From Candidatus Harrisonbacteria bacterium (lineage in GTDB: Bacteria; Patescibacteriota; Minisyncoccia; UBA6257; 02-FULL-45-10c): a DNA stretch of 64,000 bases. A model generated the notes under the pieces. That model had not been told where the DNA came from and did no database searches. It saw only the letters and a list, made by a program, of their open reading frames with translations. The stretch is from assembly GCA_016192685.1 (NCBI GenBank), contig JACPTS010000003.1, forward strand, positions 15,119-79,118, written 5' to 3'. The position numbers and the translations under genes were made by a program. Each line of letters starts with the position of its first letter. Position 1 is the first letter of the stretch. Below, piece after piece: positions 37,115 to 47,031 of the stretch.

Positions 37115-38503
37115 ATGCTTGAGGACATCATTCAAGAACGTAAAAAAAAGAAAGAAAATCTGATTAGGGCGGGATATAATGTTTATCCAAGCAGAGTAGA
37201 AAAGGATTATCAAATCAGTGACGTTCTTCGTCGCTTTTTCTTTTTATCTTTATTGAAAAGAAAAGTTTCTTTGGCCGGAAGAATCATCGGGATGCGAATT
37301 CAGGGCGGAGTAATCTTTTTAGACTTAAAAGATGCCGGCGGTAAAATTCAGGCGATTTTAAATAAAAAACAAGTAAAGGATTTTGAATTATTAAAAGAGA
37401 ATCTGGATTTAGGAGATTTTGTTTCCGTTATCGGAACCCTTTTTAAAACTAAAAAAGGGGAGCGGAGCGTCCGGGTAAAAAATTTAACGCTGGCCGCGAA
37501 AAGCCTCCGGCCGATTCCGTCAGAATGGTATGGCTTAAAAGACATTGAAGAGCGCTACCGGAAAAGATACCTGGATTTAATCTTAAATCAAGAAGTAAAA
37601 GAAAAATTAGTTTCCCGTTCCAAAATTGTCCGAACTTTAAGAAATATCCTGGAAAAAGACGGATTTTTAGAGGTAGAAACCCCGATGCTTCAGCCGCTAG
37701 CCGGCGGCGCTACTGCCCGTCCTTTTAAAACGCATCACAATGCCTTGGATACTGATTTCTATCTTAGAATCGCGCCGGAGCTTTATTTAAAACGCCTTTT
37801 AGTCGGCGGTTTTGAAAAGATATTTGAAATCGGCCGGAATTTCCGCAATGAAGGAATGGACCGCGACCATAATCCGGAATTTACCATGCTGGAGCTTTAT
37901 TGGGCTTATCAGAATTATCAAGGCCTGATGCGCGAACTTCAAAAATGGCTTACTTTGCTGATTAAAGAACTTAAAACCGAAACGATTAGCCATAACGGAG
38001 AAAAAATTTCTTTGCTGGCAAAATGGCAGACCATTACTTATGAAGAGGCGATTAAAAAATACAGCGGGAAAAATTGGAAGGATTTAAATGCGGAAGAAAT
38101 AGATGAAGTTTTTAAAAAAACCGTCCGCCCGAATTTAATCCAGCCGACTTTTGTCATTCGTTATCCAAAAGCCATTTCACCGCTCGCTAAATCCTGCCCG
38201 GATAATCCGGAACTAACCGAGCGATTCCAATTAATAGTCGCCGGCACGGAATTAGTTAATGGCTTTTCGGAATTAAACGACCCGGAAGATCAGCGCCAAC
38301 GAATGGAAGAGCAGGAGAAAATGCATCGCGCCGGCAATGAAGAAGCTTCGCGCTTAGACGAAGATTTTTTGGAAGCCCTAGAATACGGCATGCCTCCAGC
38401 CGCCGGTTTAGGAATCGGCATTGACCGCTTAGCCGCGCTTTTAACCGATACTCAATCGGTAAAAGACATCATTATTTTTCCGACCTTGCGCCCAAAGCAT
38501 TAA
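37115..38503 (+). CDS. lysS: lysyl-tRNA synthetase (class II)
   Basis: OB anticodon-binding domain plus class II motifs (FRNEGMDRDHNPEFT, GGLGIGIDR). Confidence 0.92.
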   Translation: MLEDIIQERKKKKENLIRAGYNVYPSRVEKDYQISDVLRRFFFLSLLKRKVSLAGRIIGMRIQGGVIFLDLKDAGGKIQAILNKKQVKDFELLKENLDLGDFVSVIGTLFKTKKGERSVRVKNLTLAAKSLRPIPSEWYGLKDIEERYRKRYLDLILNQEVKEKLVSRSKIVRTLRNILEKDGFLEVETPMLQPLAGGATARPFKTHHNALDTDFYLRIAPELYLKRLLVGGFEKIFEIGRNFRNEGMDRDHNPEFTMLELYWAYQNYQGLMRELQKWLTLLIKELKTETISHNGEKISLLAKWQTITYEEAIKKYSGKNWKDLNAEEIDEVFKKTVRPNLIQPTFVIRYPKAISPLAKSCPDNPELTERFQLIVAGTELVNGFSELNDPEDQRQRMEEQEKMHRAGNEEASRLDEDFLEALEYGMPPAAGLGIGIDRLAALLTDTQSVKDIIIFPTLRPKH

Positions 38504-38548
38504 TTTGGTATAATAAATTTAGTCCAGAAAAAATTTTAAGCTGGAAAA

Positions 38549-38860
38549 ATGGGAAAGGAAGGGAAGCCTTCGGAAAGGAATCTCCGCCTCAAAATGCTAT
38601 TAGAGATTAAAAGAGACGTAACGCTTTTAATCTTCACTGCCAATTATAACGATGACCCGACAAAGATTAAGCTGAAAAAAGGCACGAAAGTAACTCTTTT
38701 AGACGATAATCCGTCAATTTGCGCCACTACCGAACGGCTGGCAACCGGTCCCAGCGTTAAAATTGAAGAAACAAAAGGCGTTGAAGTAGAAGAAAGATTT
38801 ATCGGAAAAGAAGTTACGGTTCCCGCTCAATGCCTAAGAATTCACCCCCAAGAATTATAG
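38549..38860 (+). CDS. hypothetical protein (103 aa)
   Basis: ORF. An R3 element and then a terminator follow its stop. Confidence 0.4.
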   Translation: MGKEGKPSERNLRLKMLLEIKRDVTLLIFTANYNDDPTKIKLKKGTKVTLLDDNPSICATTERLATGPSVKIEETKGVEVEERFIGKEVTVPAQCLRIHPQEL

Positions 38861-38861
38861 G

Positions 38862-39128
38862 AGCGCGGAATACGAACAGAATCAATTTAGCGGAGCTAAT
38901 TTGAGCCAGATTCAAGGCGCGAGGAGGAAATCGTAGCTTAAGCTACCTTTCCGACGAGCAACGCAGAATATGGACAAAATCGCTCCGCCCTTCGGGAAGC
39001 TCAAAAATGGCTGATTTCTTTGTTGCTCCTCCTCAAGGTATCTAAAGATACACTTTCGTCGTCGCGCCTAGAAATCATCTCATTTTTGAGCTTCTAAATT
39101 CTGATTCATGTTCGTATCCCGCGCTCCT
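38862..39128. mobile_element. R3-family structured palindromic element (about 267 bp), copy 2, in the 3' region of the preceding ORF
   Basis: Terminal inverted repeats GGAGCGCGGAATACGAACAGAATCAATTTAG / CTAAATTCTGATTCATGTTCGTATCCCGCGCTCC. Inner inverted arms GGCGCGAGGAGGAAA / TTTCGTCGTCGCGCC. Central CCCTTCGGGA at 38998-39007. Shares ordered sub-motifs (CAAGGCGCGA, GAGCAACG, CCCTTCGGGA, CTCCTC) with the element at 27847-28112. Confidence 0.65.
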
Positions 39129-39153
39129 AACTCCGGCATTGCCGGAGTTTTTC
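39129..39153 (+). terminator. intrinsic terminator (AACTCCGGC-att-GCCGGAGTT + T3)
   Basis: Perfect 9-bp stem. Confidence 0.55.
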
Positions 39154-39180
39154 TATTGAGCTAATTAAGGTATAATCCTA

Positions 39181-40440
39181 ATGGTATATACTCTTACTAT
39201 GCTGGATGTTAACTTAATCCGTAAAAATCCAAACGAAGTCAGAACGGGCTTAAAAGCAAAAAACGCCGACCCGGAATTAGTGGACAAATTTTTAGAGCTG
39301 GATGAAAAGTGGCGGAATTTGAATAAAAAATTTGACGATTTACGGACAGAACAAAAAAAGCTGGGCAAAGAATCAAGAGAGAAAGCCGGGGAGATTAAAG
39401 CCGAATTAAAAAAGATAGAAGCGGATTTAAACGATTTAGACAAAATGCGGCAGGAAATTTTACATCAAATGCCCAACCTACCCCTGCCTTCAGTGCCGCT
39501 CGGCAAAGACGAAACTGAAAATAAAGTATTAAGGGAAGCCGGCGAAAAGCCAAAATTAAAAAAATTTAAAGATTATTTGACGCTAGCCGCGGAATTGGAT
39601 TTAATAGACGTGGAACGGGCCAGCAAAATTTCCGGCAGCCGGTTTGGCTATCTTAAAGGCCCGGCAGCGCTTTTAGAATTCGCTTTAGTGCGGTTAGCTA
39701 TGGATACGGCAATGAAAAATGGCTTTATTCCGGTTGTCCCGCCAGTTTTAATAAACGAAAAAGCAATGTGGGGCATGGGTTATCTGGAGCGCGGCCGCGA
39801 TGAAATTTATTATCTGCCGGCAGATAACCTTTATTTAGCCGGAACTTCAGAACAAGCGATCGGACCGATGCATATGGATGAAGTTTTTCAACCGGCGGAA
39901 TTACCCAAACGCTACGTTGCCTTTTCCAGTTGTTTTCGCCGGGAAGCCGGTTCTTACGGAAAAGACACCAAAGGCATCTTGCGGGTGCATCAATTTGATA
40001 AAGTGGAAATGTTCAGTTTTACCAAGCCGGAAAATTCAGGGCAAGAACATGAATTACTGCTTTCCATAGAAGAAGAATTAATGCAAAAGCTGGAATTGCC
40101 CTATCGGGTGGTCAATATTTGTTCCGGGGATTTAGGCGATCCGGCAGCGGCTAAATATGATATTGAAGTCTGGCTTCCCGGCCAAAATAACGGAAAAGGC
40201 GAATATCGGGAAACCCATTCTACGTCCAACACTACTGATTTTCAATCCCGCCGCTTGAACATTAAATACAAAAATTCCGATGGAAAATTAGAGTTCGTTC
40301 ACATGCTCAATGGCACGGCTTTTGCCATCGGCCGGATGATTATCGCGATTTTAGAAAATTATCAAACTGAAGAAGGAACAATTAAAATCCCAAAGGCGCT
40401 TCAAGAATACTTAAATTGCAAAGAAATTAAAATGCCCTAA
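39181..40440 (+). CDS. serS: seryl-tRNA synthetase
   Basis: N-terminal coiled coil and class II core (FSSCFRREAGSYG, RVHQFDKVE). TATAAT lies 7 bp upstream, so the mRNA may be leaderless. Confidence 0.95.
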   Translation: MVYTLTMLDVNLIRKNPNEVRTGLKAKNADPELVDKFLELDEKWRNLNKKFDDLRTEQKKLGKESREKAGEIKAELKKIEADLNDLDKMRQEILHQMPNLPLPSVPLGKDETENKVLREAGEKPKLKKFKDYLTLAAELDLIDVERASKISGSRFGYLKGPAALLEFALVRLAMDTAMKNGFIPVVPPVLINEKAMWGMGYLERGRDEIYYLPADNLYLAGTSEQAIGPMHMDEVFQPAELPKRYVAFSSCFRREAGSYGKDTKGILRVHQFDKVEMFSFTKPENSGQEHELLLSIEEELMQKLELPYRVVNICSGDLGDPAAAKYDIEVWLPGQNNGKGEYRETHSTSNTTDFQSRRLNIKYKNSDGKLEFVHMLNGTAFAIGRMIIAILENYQTEEGTIKIPKALQEYLNCKEIKMP

Positions 40441-40453
40441 ATACTAGGGCGTT

Positions 40454-41002
40454 TTATTTAATTAAAGTATTAATAACGAATCCGATAAAAACTGAAAAGT
40501 TTATAATCACATGAACCAAAAGCGCTGACAGCCAACCGCGAATTCCGCCAACTCTAAAAACCAATAATCCAAGAAAAACGCTGTCCACTAAAGCCGCATA
40601 AGGGACTACGTGGAATTCCGACCACATTAATCCCGGAAGAATAATAGAAAAATAAATTACCGGATTTTCCAAAACAATCAAAAATCTTAAAAATTCAAAA
40701 TTACGCAATAAAGTCAGGACCGCAATCGGGCCGCGGAACTTTAACTCCTCTTTCAATGGAGTTTTAATAACCCAATCGCATCCAACCCACTTTAAATTTT
40801 TATCTCTGGCTTCATCTTCTATATCTTGTTTAATTTCCCGATTGACGCCCTTATTACGCATAGTCGCAACCAAAGTGATTGGAACGCTAATTACCAACAT
40901 TAAAATTAAGGTGGTAACAACGGGGTTTAATTTTTCAAAGAAATTTTTAGCGGCGTGAGAGTGGTTAATAAAAGCTGCTAGCCGGTCCTTAAGCATCACC
41001 AA
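40454..41002 (-). CDS. CPBP-family intramembrane glutamic endopeptidase (CAAX-protease-like)
   Basis: EELKFR (EExxxR) and HVIIN (HxxxN) motifs in a multi-TM protein. Confidence 0.5.
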   Translation of the reverse strand: MVMLKDRLAAFINHSHAAKNFFEKLNPVVTTLILMLVISVPITLVATMRNKGVNREIKQDIEDEARDKNLKWVGCDWVIKTPLKEELKFRGPIAVLTLLRNFEFLRFLIVLENPVIYFSIILPGLMWSEFHVVPYAALVDSVFLGLLVFRVGGIRGWLSALLVHVIINFSVFIGFVINTLIK

Positions 41003-41050
41003 GATTCATTGTCAAAGTACTTAAAACTATATTAAATTAAAGATAAGGCT

Positions 41051-42157
41051 ATGTCAAAATTAAAAACCTGGGTAGAAATCAATAGAAAGGCGGCAGAGCA
41101 TAACGCGGATACAATAAAATCTTTGCTGGAGCCGAAAACCAAACTTTGGGCTGTGGTTAAGTCAAATGCCTATGGCCATGGCCTAAAAACTTTTTCCGAA
41201 ATAATCAATTCCAAAGTTGATGGTTTTTGCGTAGATAGCGTCACGGAAGGAAGCAAACTTAGAAAAAATAAGATAAAAAAACCAATTTTAGTGCTGGGCC
41301 CTACTTTTGCTTCGTCTTTAAAATTGGCGGCAGAGGATAATCTGATAATTACTATTTCTAACTGGGACATTTTAAAAGCGCTGGCAAAAAACAAACATCA
41401 GCCGGCTATCCATTTAAAAATTGACAGCGGCATGCATAGGCAGGGATTTTATAATAGCGAACTGGCGGCAGTATCCCGATTCATTAAGTCAAAAAAGTTG
41501 GATTTACAAGGCGCCTATACCCATTTTGCCTCAGCCAAGGATTTGAATTATCCGACTTATACCGAAAATCAGTTTGCCGCTTTTCAAAAAGGATTGGAAA
41601 TTTTAAAAAGGTCTGGTTTTAAAAATTTAAAGCGGCACGCCTCCGCAACCGGCGCCACTTTAATTAATCCTAAATATCATTTGGATTTTGTAAGAGTGGG
41701 AATCGGTTTATACGGCCTCTGGCCATCCAAGGAGCTGACGATTCAACGTCCGGACATAAAACTCAAGCCGGTTCTTTCTTGGCATACTATTGTCAGTGAA
41801 GTAAAGAACCTTAAATCCGGGGATTTTGTTGGTTACGATTTGGCGGAAAGAGTCCGTAAGCCGACCAAAATGGCTATTTTGCCGATCGGCTACTGGCATG
41901 GATTTCCCCGGACGCTTTCTGGAATCGGTGAAGTGCTGATAAACGGTAAAATGGCGAAGGTAATCGGCCGCGTGTCTATGGATCTAATAGCGATAAATGC
42001 GGATAACATTCGTTGTAAAGCGGGGGATAGGGCTACTTTGATTGGCAAGCAAAAAAAAGAGCAGCTTTTTGCCTTTGATGTCGCCCAAAAAATTGGCACA
42101 ATCCATTACGAATTACTAACCCGGATTAATCCTTTAATTGAACGGGTGGCAATTTAA
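41051..42157 (+). CDS. alr: alanine racemase
   Basis: PLP-binding motif AVVKSNAYGHG. 368 aa. Confidence 0.85.
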   Translation: MSKLKTWVEINRKAAEHNADTIKSLLEPKTKLWAVVKSNAYGHGLKTFSEIINSKVDGFCVDSVTEGSKLRKNKIKKPILVLGPTFASSLKLAAEDNLIITISNWDILKALAKNKHQPAIHLKIDSGMHRQGFYNSELAAVSRFIKSKKLDLQGAYTHFASAKDLNYPTYTENQFAAFQKGLEILKRSGFKNLKRHASATGATLINPKYHLDFVRVGIGLYGLWPSKELTIQRPDIKLKPVLSWHTIVSEVKNLKSGDFVGYDLAERVRKPTKMAILPIGYWHGFPRTLSGIGEVLINGKMAKVIGRVSMDLIAINADNIRCKAGDRATLIGKQKKEQLFAFDVAQKIGTIHYELLTRINPLIERVAI

Positions 42158-42159
42158 AT

Positions 42160-42939
42160 ATGCAAGCCTATCTTGACCAAAACCAAACAATGAAACAGCG
42201 CCGGAATTTTCGGATAAAGCTTTATTTTAGTATTTTTTTTATACTTTTACTTTTAATTGCCTTGCTTTATATATTAAGATATTCTCCGGTTTTTCAGGCG
42301 CGTGATTTTCATATTTTGGGCAGCCAACAGCTTTCTCAAGAAGTTATTTTAGCTACCTTAAAGCCATTAGTATTAAATAATCGCTGGGAAGAATTTTTAG
42401 GTTGGCAAAATCTCATTGTTTGGAATCAAAACCGCCTTGATTTGGGCGGGACAGCGCTGCTAGAGGCCAAAATTGACCGCGATTGGCTTCGCCAATCAGT
42501 TAATATCTCAATCAAAGAACGGGAGCGTTTGGCGATTTGGTGCGGCATTAACAACTATTGTTATTGGATTGACCAATCCGGAATTGCTTTTGAAGAAGCG
42601 CCGTTGACCGAAGGCTCATTAATTTTAACTATCCATAATAATTCGGAATCCGCGGTTTTAGGCGCTAAAATAGCGGAAGATCGGTTTATAAAAAATCTAA
42701 TTTCGGTTTTAGAGGGTATTTCAGAGCTTCGCTTACCGGTAAAAAAAATCGTTTTTGATAAACGGCTTCAAGAAATACAAGTTGCTGTTTATTCCGGACC
42801 TGATTTATTTTTTAGCATCCGTTTTGATCCAAGCCTGAATTTATCATCCCTGCGTTCTCTGCGAGAAAAAGGCGAACTGCAAAAAGCAAAATATATTGAC
42901 TTAAGGGTTGAAAACCGGATTTATTACAAAAACCTATAA
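42160..42939 (+). CDS. ftsQ: cell division protein FtsQ/DivIB-like (POTRA)
   Basis: Short cytoplasmic N-terminus, single TM helix and a periplasmic POTRA-like domain. Confidence 0.55.
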   Translation: MQAYLDQNQTMKQRRNFRIKLYFSIFFILLLLIALLYILRYSPVFQARDFHILGSQQLSQEVILATLKPLVLNNRWEEFLGWQNLIVWNQNRLDLGGTALLEAKIDRDWLRQSVNISIKERERLAIWCGINNYCYWIDQSGIAFEEAPLTEGSLILTIHNNSESAVLGAKIAEDRFIKNLISVLEGISELRLPVKKIVFDKRLQEIQVAVYSGPDLFFSIRFDPSLNLSSLRSLREKGELQKAKYIDLRVENRIYYKNL

Positions 42940-44766
42940 TTTGTAGATAAAAATGGAGGTTCCGGCGCGGTCAACGAAACCGTAAGGATTTTCCAGCCAG
43001 CGATATTCGTCCGTTGGATTTCTGTAAAAATCAGCGGCTGGTTTTGCCAATGCCCCTTGCAAAGTATTCACTGAAATTGCCAGCCACCCGATTCCTTCAT
43101 CTTTCGGACTGCCTTTCGCAGACCACCAGGGAACAAATTGCTCGCCCAGGTAATAATTCGGGTCGCCGCCGCCAAAGTAGTCAACTGCTAATTTTTCCTC
43201 GCGAGGAAGATTTTCTTCCGCCCACTTTTTTAATCTTTTTAAATCTTGCCCCCAATCAAAGTTGGAATCAGTGGCATAGTAAAACCCGTCAGTCCGCCAG
43301 CCAAAAAATTGATTATAATAAGACAAAAAATGGGGCGCCGCCAGCATTGTTTCTAAAACCAGCCAAATAATCGCCGCGCTGATAACCAGGGTTTTAAGCC
43401 AAAAACTAAAAATAGCGTGCATAAAATTATCAACGCCATCCAAAAAAGTAATGGGGGTATCGGCTGGCTTTGCTGAAAACCATTTTTTTATCGCGCCCGC
43501 AACCAAAATATAAATAAACGGCACTGTCGGGAGAATATGCCGCACTCCGATATTCAGCGGACTGGTAATGCTGGAAATCCAATAAAGGATAATAAAAACC
43601 AGCGAACTGAATTCCCAGAAATGAAGCGTTAAATATTCCTTAAATTTGCCGCCAATTTCTTTCCCGTGCCGCAGAGCGCGAATCATCCTTAAAATTCCAA
43701 GAACCGAACCTAGAAAAATTAAAAGCAAGATTGGCAGCGGTTCTTTCATCAAATAAATCAGCGGAAAATAATACCGCCAGCCATGAGAGGAAAGTTCGCC
43801 AAGAAAATAGGCATTGTTGCCGCCGGCTGACCGTTGAAACACCATTAAAACACCCAGCAAATATTGCGCCAGCGGGCGCCAGGCCGGAATTTTAGCCATT
43901 TGAATATCCAGAAAGGCCAGCGGCGGAAAACCAAAATTTTGTAAAATAGTTTCCGTATCCACAACCTGTTTTTCCAAGGGATAATTCCAGGTAGTTAATA
44001 AATACAGCGGATAAACAATAAAAAGATAACCAATGGCAATGACTGATAACCAAGATTTTAAATTTCTGTAAGAATACCGCCAAAAATTCTCAAAATTAGC
44101 AATGGCGTAAAAAATACTTATTAAAAAGAGGGCGGGAATTAAAAGCACGGAAGAAAATTTGACTGCCTGAGCAAAACCAAAAGCCAATCCAGCCAGCCAA
44201 AGATTTTTATTACCGGGCTGTTCTAAAAGTTTTAAAAATGAGTAAAGCGTCAGCAAAGCACCAAGAGTCGCCGCTACATCAGTAGTAACATAATGGCCGT
44301 GGGCTAAAACAATCGGCGAAAATCCAAATAAAAAAGCCGGCAGCAGCGCCCACCAGCGGCCGAGCAGTTCTTTCGCGAAAATATAAATAAAAATTATAGT
44401 AAGAAGAGCCAATAATATCGGCCCGGTTCGCGCCCAAAAAATTATTTTATCGGCGTCATTGCCGGATTTATATAAAAATTCATTACCTGCCCACCATTGC
44501 TCATTTGAGCCGTTCCAATATCCTTTGGAAGTGTCAAAATTAATATTTTGGAAAAGAAGCGGCAAACCAGCCAGCATTTTGACGAGCGGCGGATGTTCCG
44601 GATTAAAGCGGTAATCTAAATGTCTTACATAAGTATAGCCGGCGACAATATGGGCAGTTTCGTCAAAAATCGCCGAATCCCCGGCAGCGGCGTTAAATAA
44701 AAAAAGCGCCGCCGCGATAATTAATAAAAATAAGATAAAATTAGGCAAGGCGAGTAATTTTCGCAT
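42934..44766 (-). CDS. GT-C fold glycosyltransferase, ArnT/PMT (GT39/GT83)-like
   Basis: Loop-1 DE motif (IFDETAHIVAGYTY) and multiple TM helices. 610 aa. Confidence 0.65.
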   Translation of the reverse strand: MRKLLALPNFILFLLIIAAALFLFNAAAGDSAIFDETAHIVAGYTYVRHLDYRFNPEHPPLVKMLAGLPLLFQNINFDTSKGYWNGSNEQWWAGNEFLYKSGNDADKIIFWARTGPILLALLTIIFIYIFAKELLGRWWALLPAFLFGFSPIVLAHGHYVTTDVAATLGALLTLYSFLKLLEQPGNKNLWLAGLAFGFAQAVKFSSVLLIPALFLISIFYAIANFENFWRYSYRNLKSWLSVIAIGYLFIVYPLYLLTTWNYPLEKQVVDTETILQNFGFPPLAFLDIQMAKIPAWRPLAQYLLGVLMVFQRSAGGNNAYFLGELSSHGWRYYFPLIYLMKEPLPILLLIFLGSVLGILRMIRALRHGKEIGGKFKEYLTLHFWEFSSLVFIILYWISSITSPLNIGVRHILPTVPFIYILVAGAIKKWFSAKPADTPITFLDGVDNFMHAIFSFWLKTLVISAAIIWLVLETMLAAPHFLSYYNQFFGWRTDGFYYATDSNFDWGQDLKRLKKWAEENLPREEKLAVDYFGGGDPNYYLGEQFVPWWSAKGSPKDEGIGWLAISVNTLQGALAKPAADFYRNPTDEYRWLENPYGFVDRAGTSIFIYKL

Positions 44767-44788
44767 ATAATTTAATTATATAACATTT

Positions 44789-45151
44789 ATGCTTTTTAAA
44801 TTTCCCAAAGATGATAAAAATTTCTCCTGGACCCAGCATGTTAAAAATAAAATGCTGTATTATCGTCTTTCCGAACAAAAAATTAAGACGGTTTTAAAAA
44901 ATCCGGCGCGCAAAGAAGAGGGGATTGCGCCAAAAACTACGGCGGTTATGAAAAGAAATGATACACCAAAAAGAAAAGAAGAGTTGTGGGTGATGTACCA
45001 AAAATTAACAAAGAACGACAAACAACCGACAACCAACAACAAAATTAGGGTAATTTCCGCCTGGCGGTATCCGGGAGTAAGCCCGAAAGGCAAACAAATT
45101 CCGATTCCGGAAGATATTTTAAATGAATTAGAAGACGTGATTAATGAATAG
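44789..45151 (+). CDS. hypothetical protein (120 aa)
   Basis: ORF overlapping the mpg start by 8 nt. No recognisable motif. Confidence 0.4.
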   Translation: MLFKFPKDDKNFSWTQHVKNKMLYYRLSEQKIKTVLKNPARKEEGIAPKTTAVMKRNDTPKRKEELWVMYQKLTKNDKQPTTNNKIRVISAWRYPGVSPKGKQIPIPEDILNELEDVINE

Positions 45152-45728
45152 AGTTTTGCCGAAGAAATTCTTCCATAACAAAAATACGACCTTAATTGCG
45201 AAAAATCTATTGGGGAAATTTTTAGTCCGGCGTTATCGCAAGAAAATCAAAGCTTACCTAATCACTGAAATAGAAGCGTATGATGGCCCCAAAGATAAAG
45301 CTTCCCATGCTCATCGCGGCAAAACTGAAAGAAATAAAATTATGTTCGGCCCGGCAGGTTGTTGGTACGTCTATTTCACTTACGGAATGCATTGGATGCT
45401 GAATATCGTAACCGGACCCAAAAATTATCCGGCAGCAGTTTTAATTCGTTCAGTAATTCCATCGGTAACGCCAATGGTAACGCCAAAGCAGTTTATCCAG
45501 TTATCAAGCTCGAGCTTGATAACTGGATATAATGGTCCGGGAAGATTAACTAAAGCTTTAAATATTGATAAAAAAATGAATGGAAAAATAGCTGATAAAA
45601 AAAGCGGTTTATGGATAGAAGATATGGGAGTAAAAATTAGGCCGTCACAAATAAAAAAAGGACTGCGTATCGGAGTAGCTTATGCCGGCCCGACTTGGAG
45701 CAAGAAAAAATGGCGTTTTTATATATAA
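45144..45728 (+). CDS. mpg: DNA-3-methyladenine glycosylase (Mpg/AAG family)
   Basis: ITEIEAYDGPKDKASHAHRGKTERNKIMFGPAGCWYVYFTYGMH matches the AAG family core. Confidence 0.8.
   Translation: MNRVLPKKFFHNKNTTLIAKNLLGKFLVRRYRKKIKAYLITEIEAYDGPKDKASHAHRGKTERNKIMFGPAGCWYVYFTYGMHWMLNIVTGPKNYPAAVLIRSVIPSVTPMVTPKQFIQLSSSSLITGYNGPGRLTKALNIDKKMNGKIADKKSGLWIEDMGVKIRPSQIKKGLRIGVAYAGPTWSKKKWRFYI
45495..45528. repeat. 34-bp perfect palindrome ATCCAGTTATCAAGCTCGAGCTTGATAACTGGAT inside the mpg coding sequence
   Basis: Perfect dyad centred on CTCGAG, read in frame as IQLSSSSLITGY. It is preceded by a direct repeat GTAACGCC-aatg-GTAACGCC at 45465-45484. Confidence 0.75.
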
Positions 45729-45800
45729 AATTTTAGTTGACTGCCAATTGATTTTATAGTATTTTATTAGTAGTAAATTTTACAACTAAAAGGAGGAAAA

Positions 45801-46958
45801 ATGGATTTCCGTTTCACTGAAATAGAAGAAGAAATTCGCAAATTGGCGGCGGAGGTATCCCAAAAATATCTTTTGAAAATCAGGGGAAAATTAGACGAAG
45901 CTGAAGAATATCCGGAAGAGTTTATCCGAGAAACAGGCCGAACAGGATTATTGTCGGTTTATCTGCCGGAAGAATACGAAGGAATGGGATTGGGCGTCAC
46001 CGCGCTTTGCATAGTCATGGAAGAAATTTCCAAAGTCTGCACCGGCGCATCAACGGTTTACGGCGCAAATGCTTTAGGCGCAATGCCAATAATGTTGTCC
46101 GGAACCGATGAACAAAAAAAGAAATATCTCCCAAAAATCGCCCGCGGCGAATGCTTGGTAGCTTTCGGATTCACTGAAGCGAACGCCGGTTCTGACGCTT
46201 TAGCAATGCAGATGAAAGCGGTTAAAGATGGCGATGCCTATGTTTTTAACGGCAGCAAGGTGTTTATTACTAATGCCGGACACGCCAATCTTTACACGGT
46301 TTTTGCCGTAACCAATCCAAATAGAGGCGCGCGCGGCATATCCGCTTTTCTGATAGAAAAAGGAACGCCGGGATTTGATTTCGGAAAAAAAGAAGATAAA
46401 CTTGGAATTCGTTGTTCGGAAACGCGCAGTTTGGAATTCAACAATTGCCGTATTCCTGCGGAAAATCTTCTTGGCGGCAAAGAAGGACTGGGAGCGATTA
46501 CCGCGCTTAATACTTTGCATCGCGCCAGAATGGGAGTCGGAGCGCAAGGCGTTGGTTTAGCCCAAGGAGCATTTAATGAAGCGTTGAAATACGCCAAACA
46601 GAGAAAACAATTCGGGCAAAGCATTGTTGCTTTCCAGGTTATTCAGCATAAATTTGCTGATATGGCTATGAAAATAGAAACTGCCCGCTTGCTAGTTTAT
46701 CGGGCTGCTTGGGAAGCAGACCAGAATCCGAAAGGCGCGGTTGCCAAGCTCGGTTCCATGGCAAAATGTTACGGTTCCGATATAGCGATAGAAGTCGCGA
46801 TTGAAGCGATTCAAATTTGCGGCGGAATCGGGTATATGCGCGATTTTCCGGTGGAAAAATACATGCGTGACGCCAAAATCCTCCAAATTTACGAAGGCAC
46901 GAATGAAATGCAGAGAAACGAAATAGCCAGCGTTCTTTTAAAAGAAAGCAATAAATAA
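45801..46958 (+). CDS. acyl-CoA dehydrogenase
   Basis: ACAD family motifs (GFTEANAGSD, YEGTNEMQR). RBS AAAGGAGG. Confidence 0.85.
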   Translation: MDFRFTEIEEEIRKLAAEVSQKYLLKIRGKLDEAEEYPEEFIRETGRTGLLSVYLPEEYEGMGLGVTALCIVMEEISKVCTGASTVYGANALGAMPIMLSGTDEQKKKYLPKIARGECLVAFGFTEANAGSDALAMQMKAVKDGDAYVFNGSKVFITNAGHANLYTVFAVTNPNRGARGISAFLIEKGTPGFDFGKKEDKLGIRCSETRSLEFNNCRIPAENLLGGKEGLGAITALNTLHRARMGVGAQGVGLAQGAFNEALKYAKQRKQFGQSIVAFQVIQHKFADMAMKIETARLLVYRAAWEADQNPKGAVAKLGSMAKCYGSDIAIEVAIEAIQICGGIGYMRDFPVEKYMRDAKILQIYEGTNEMQRNEIASVLLKESNK

Positions 46959-47031
46959 AAAATACTCCGGCAAAACCGGGGTATTTTTCTTGAATTTACA
47001 AGCTAAAAGCTATAAGATAGAAACTAACTTT

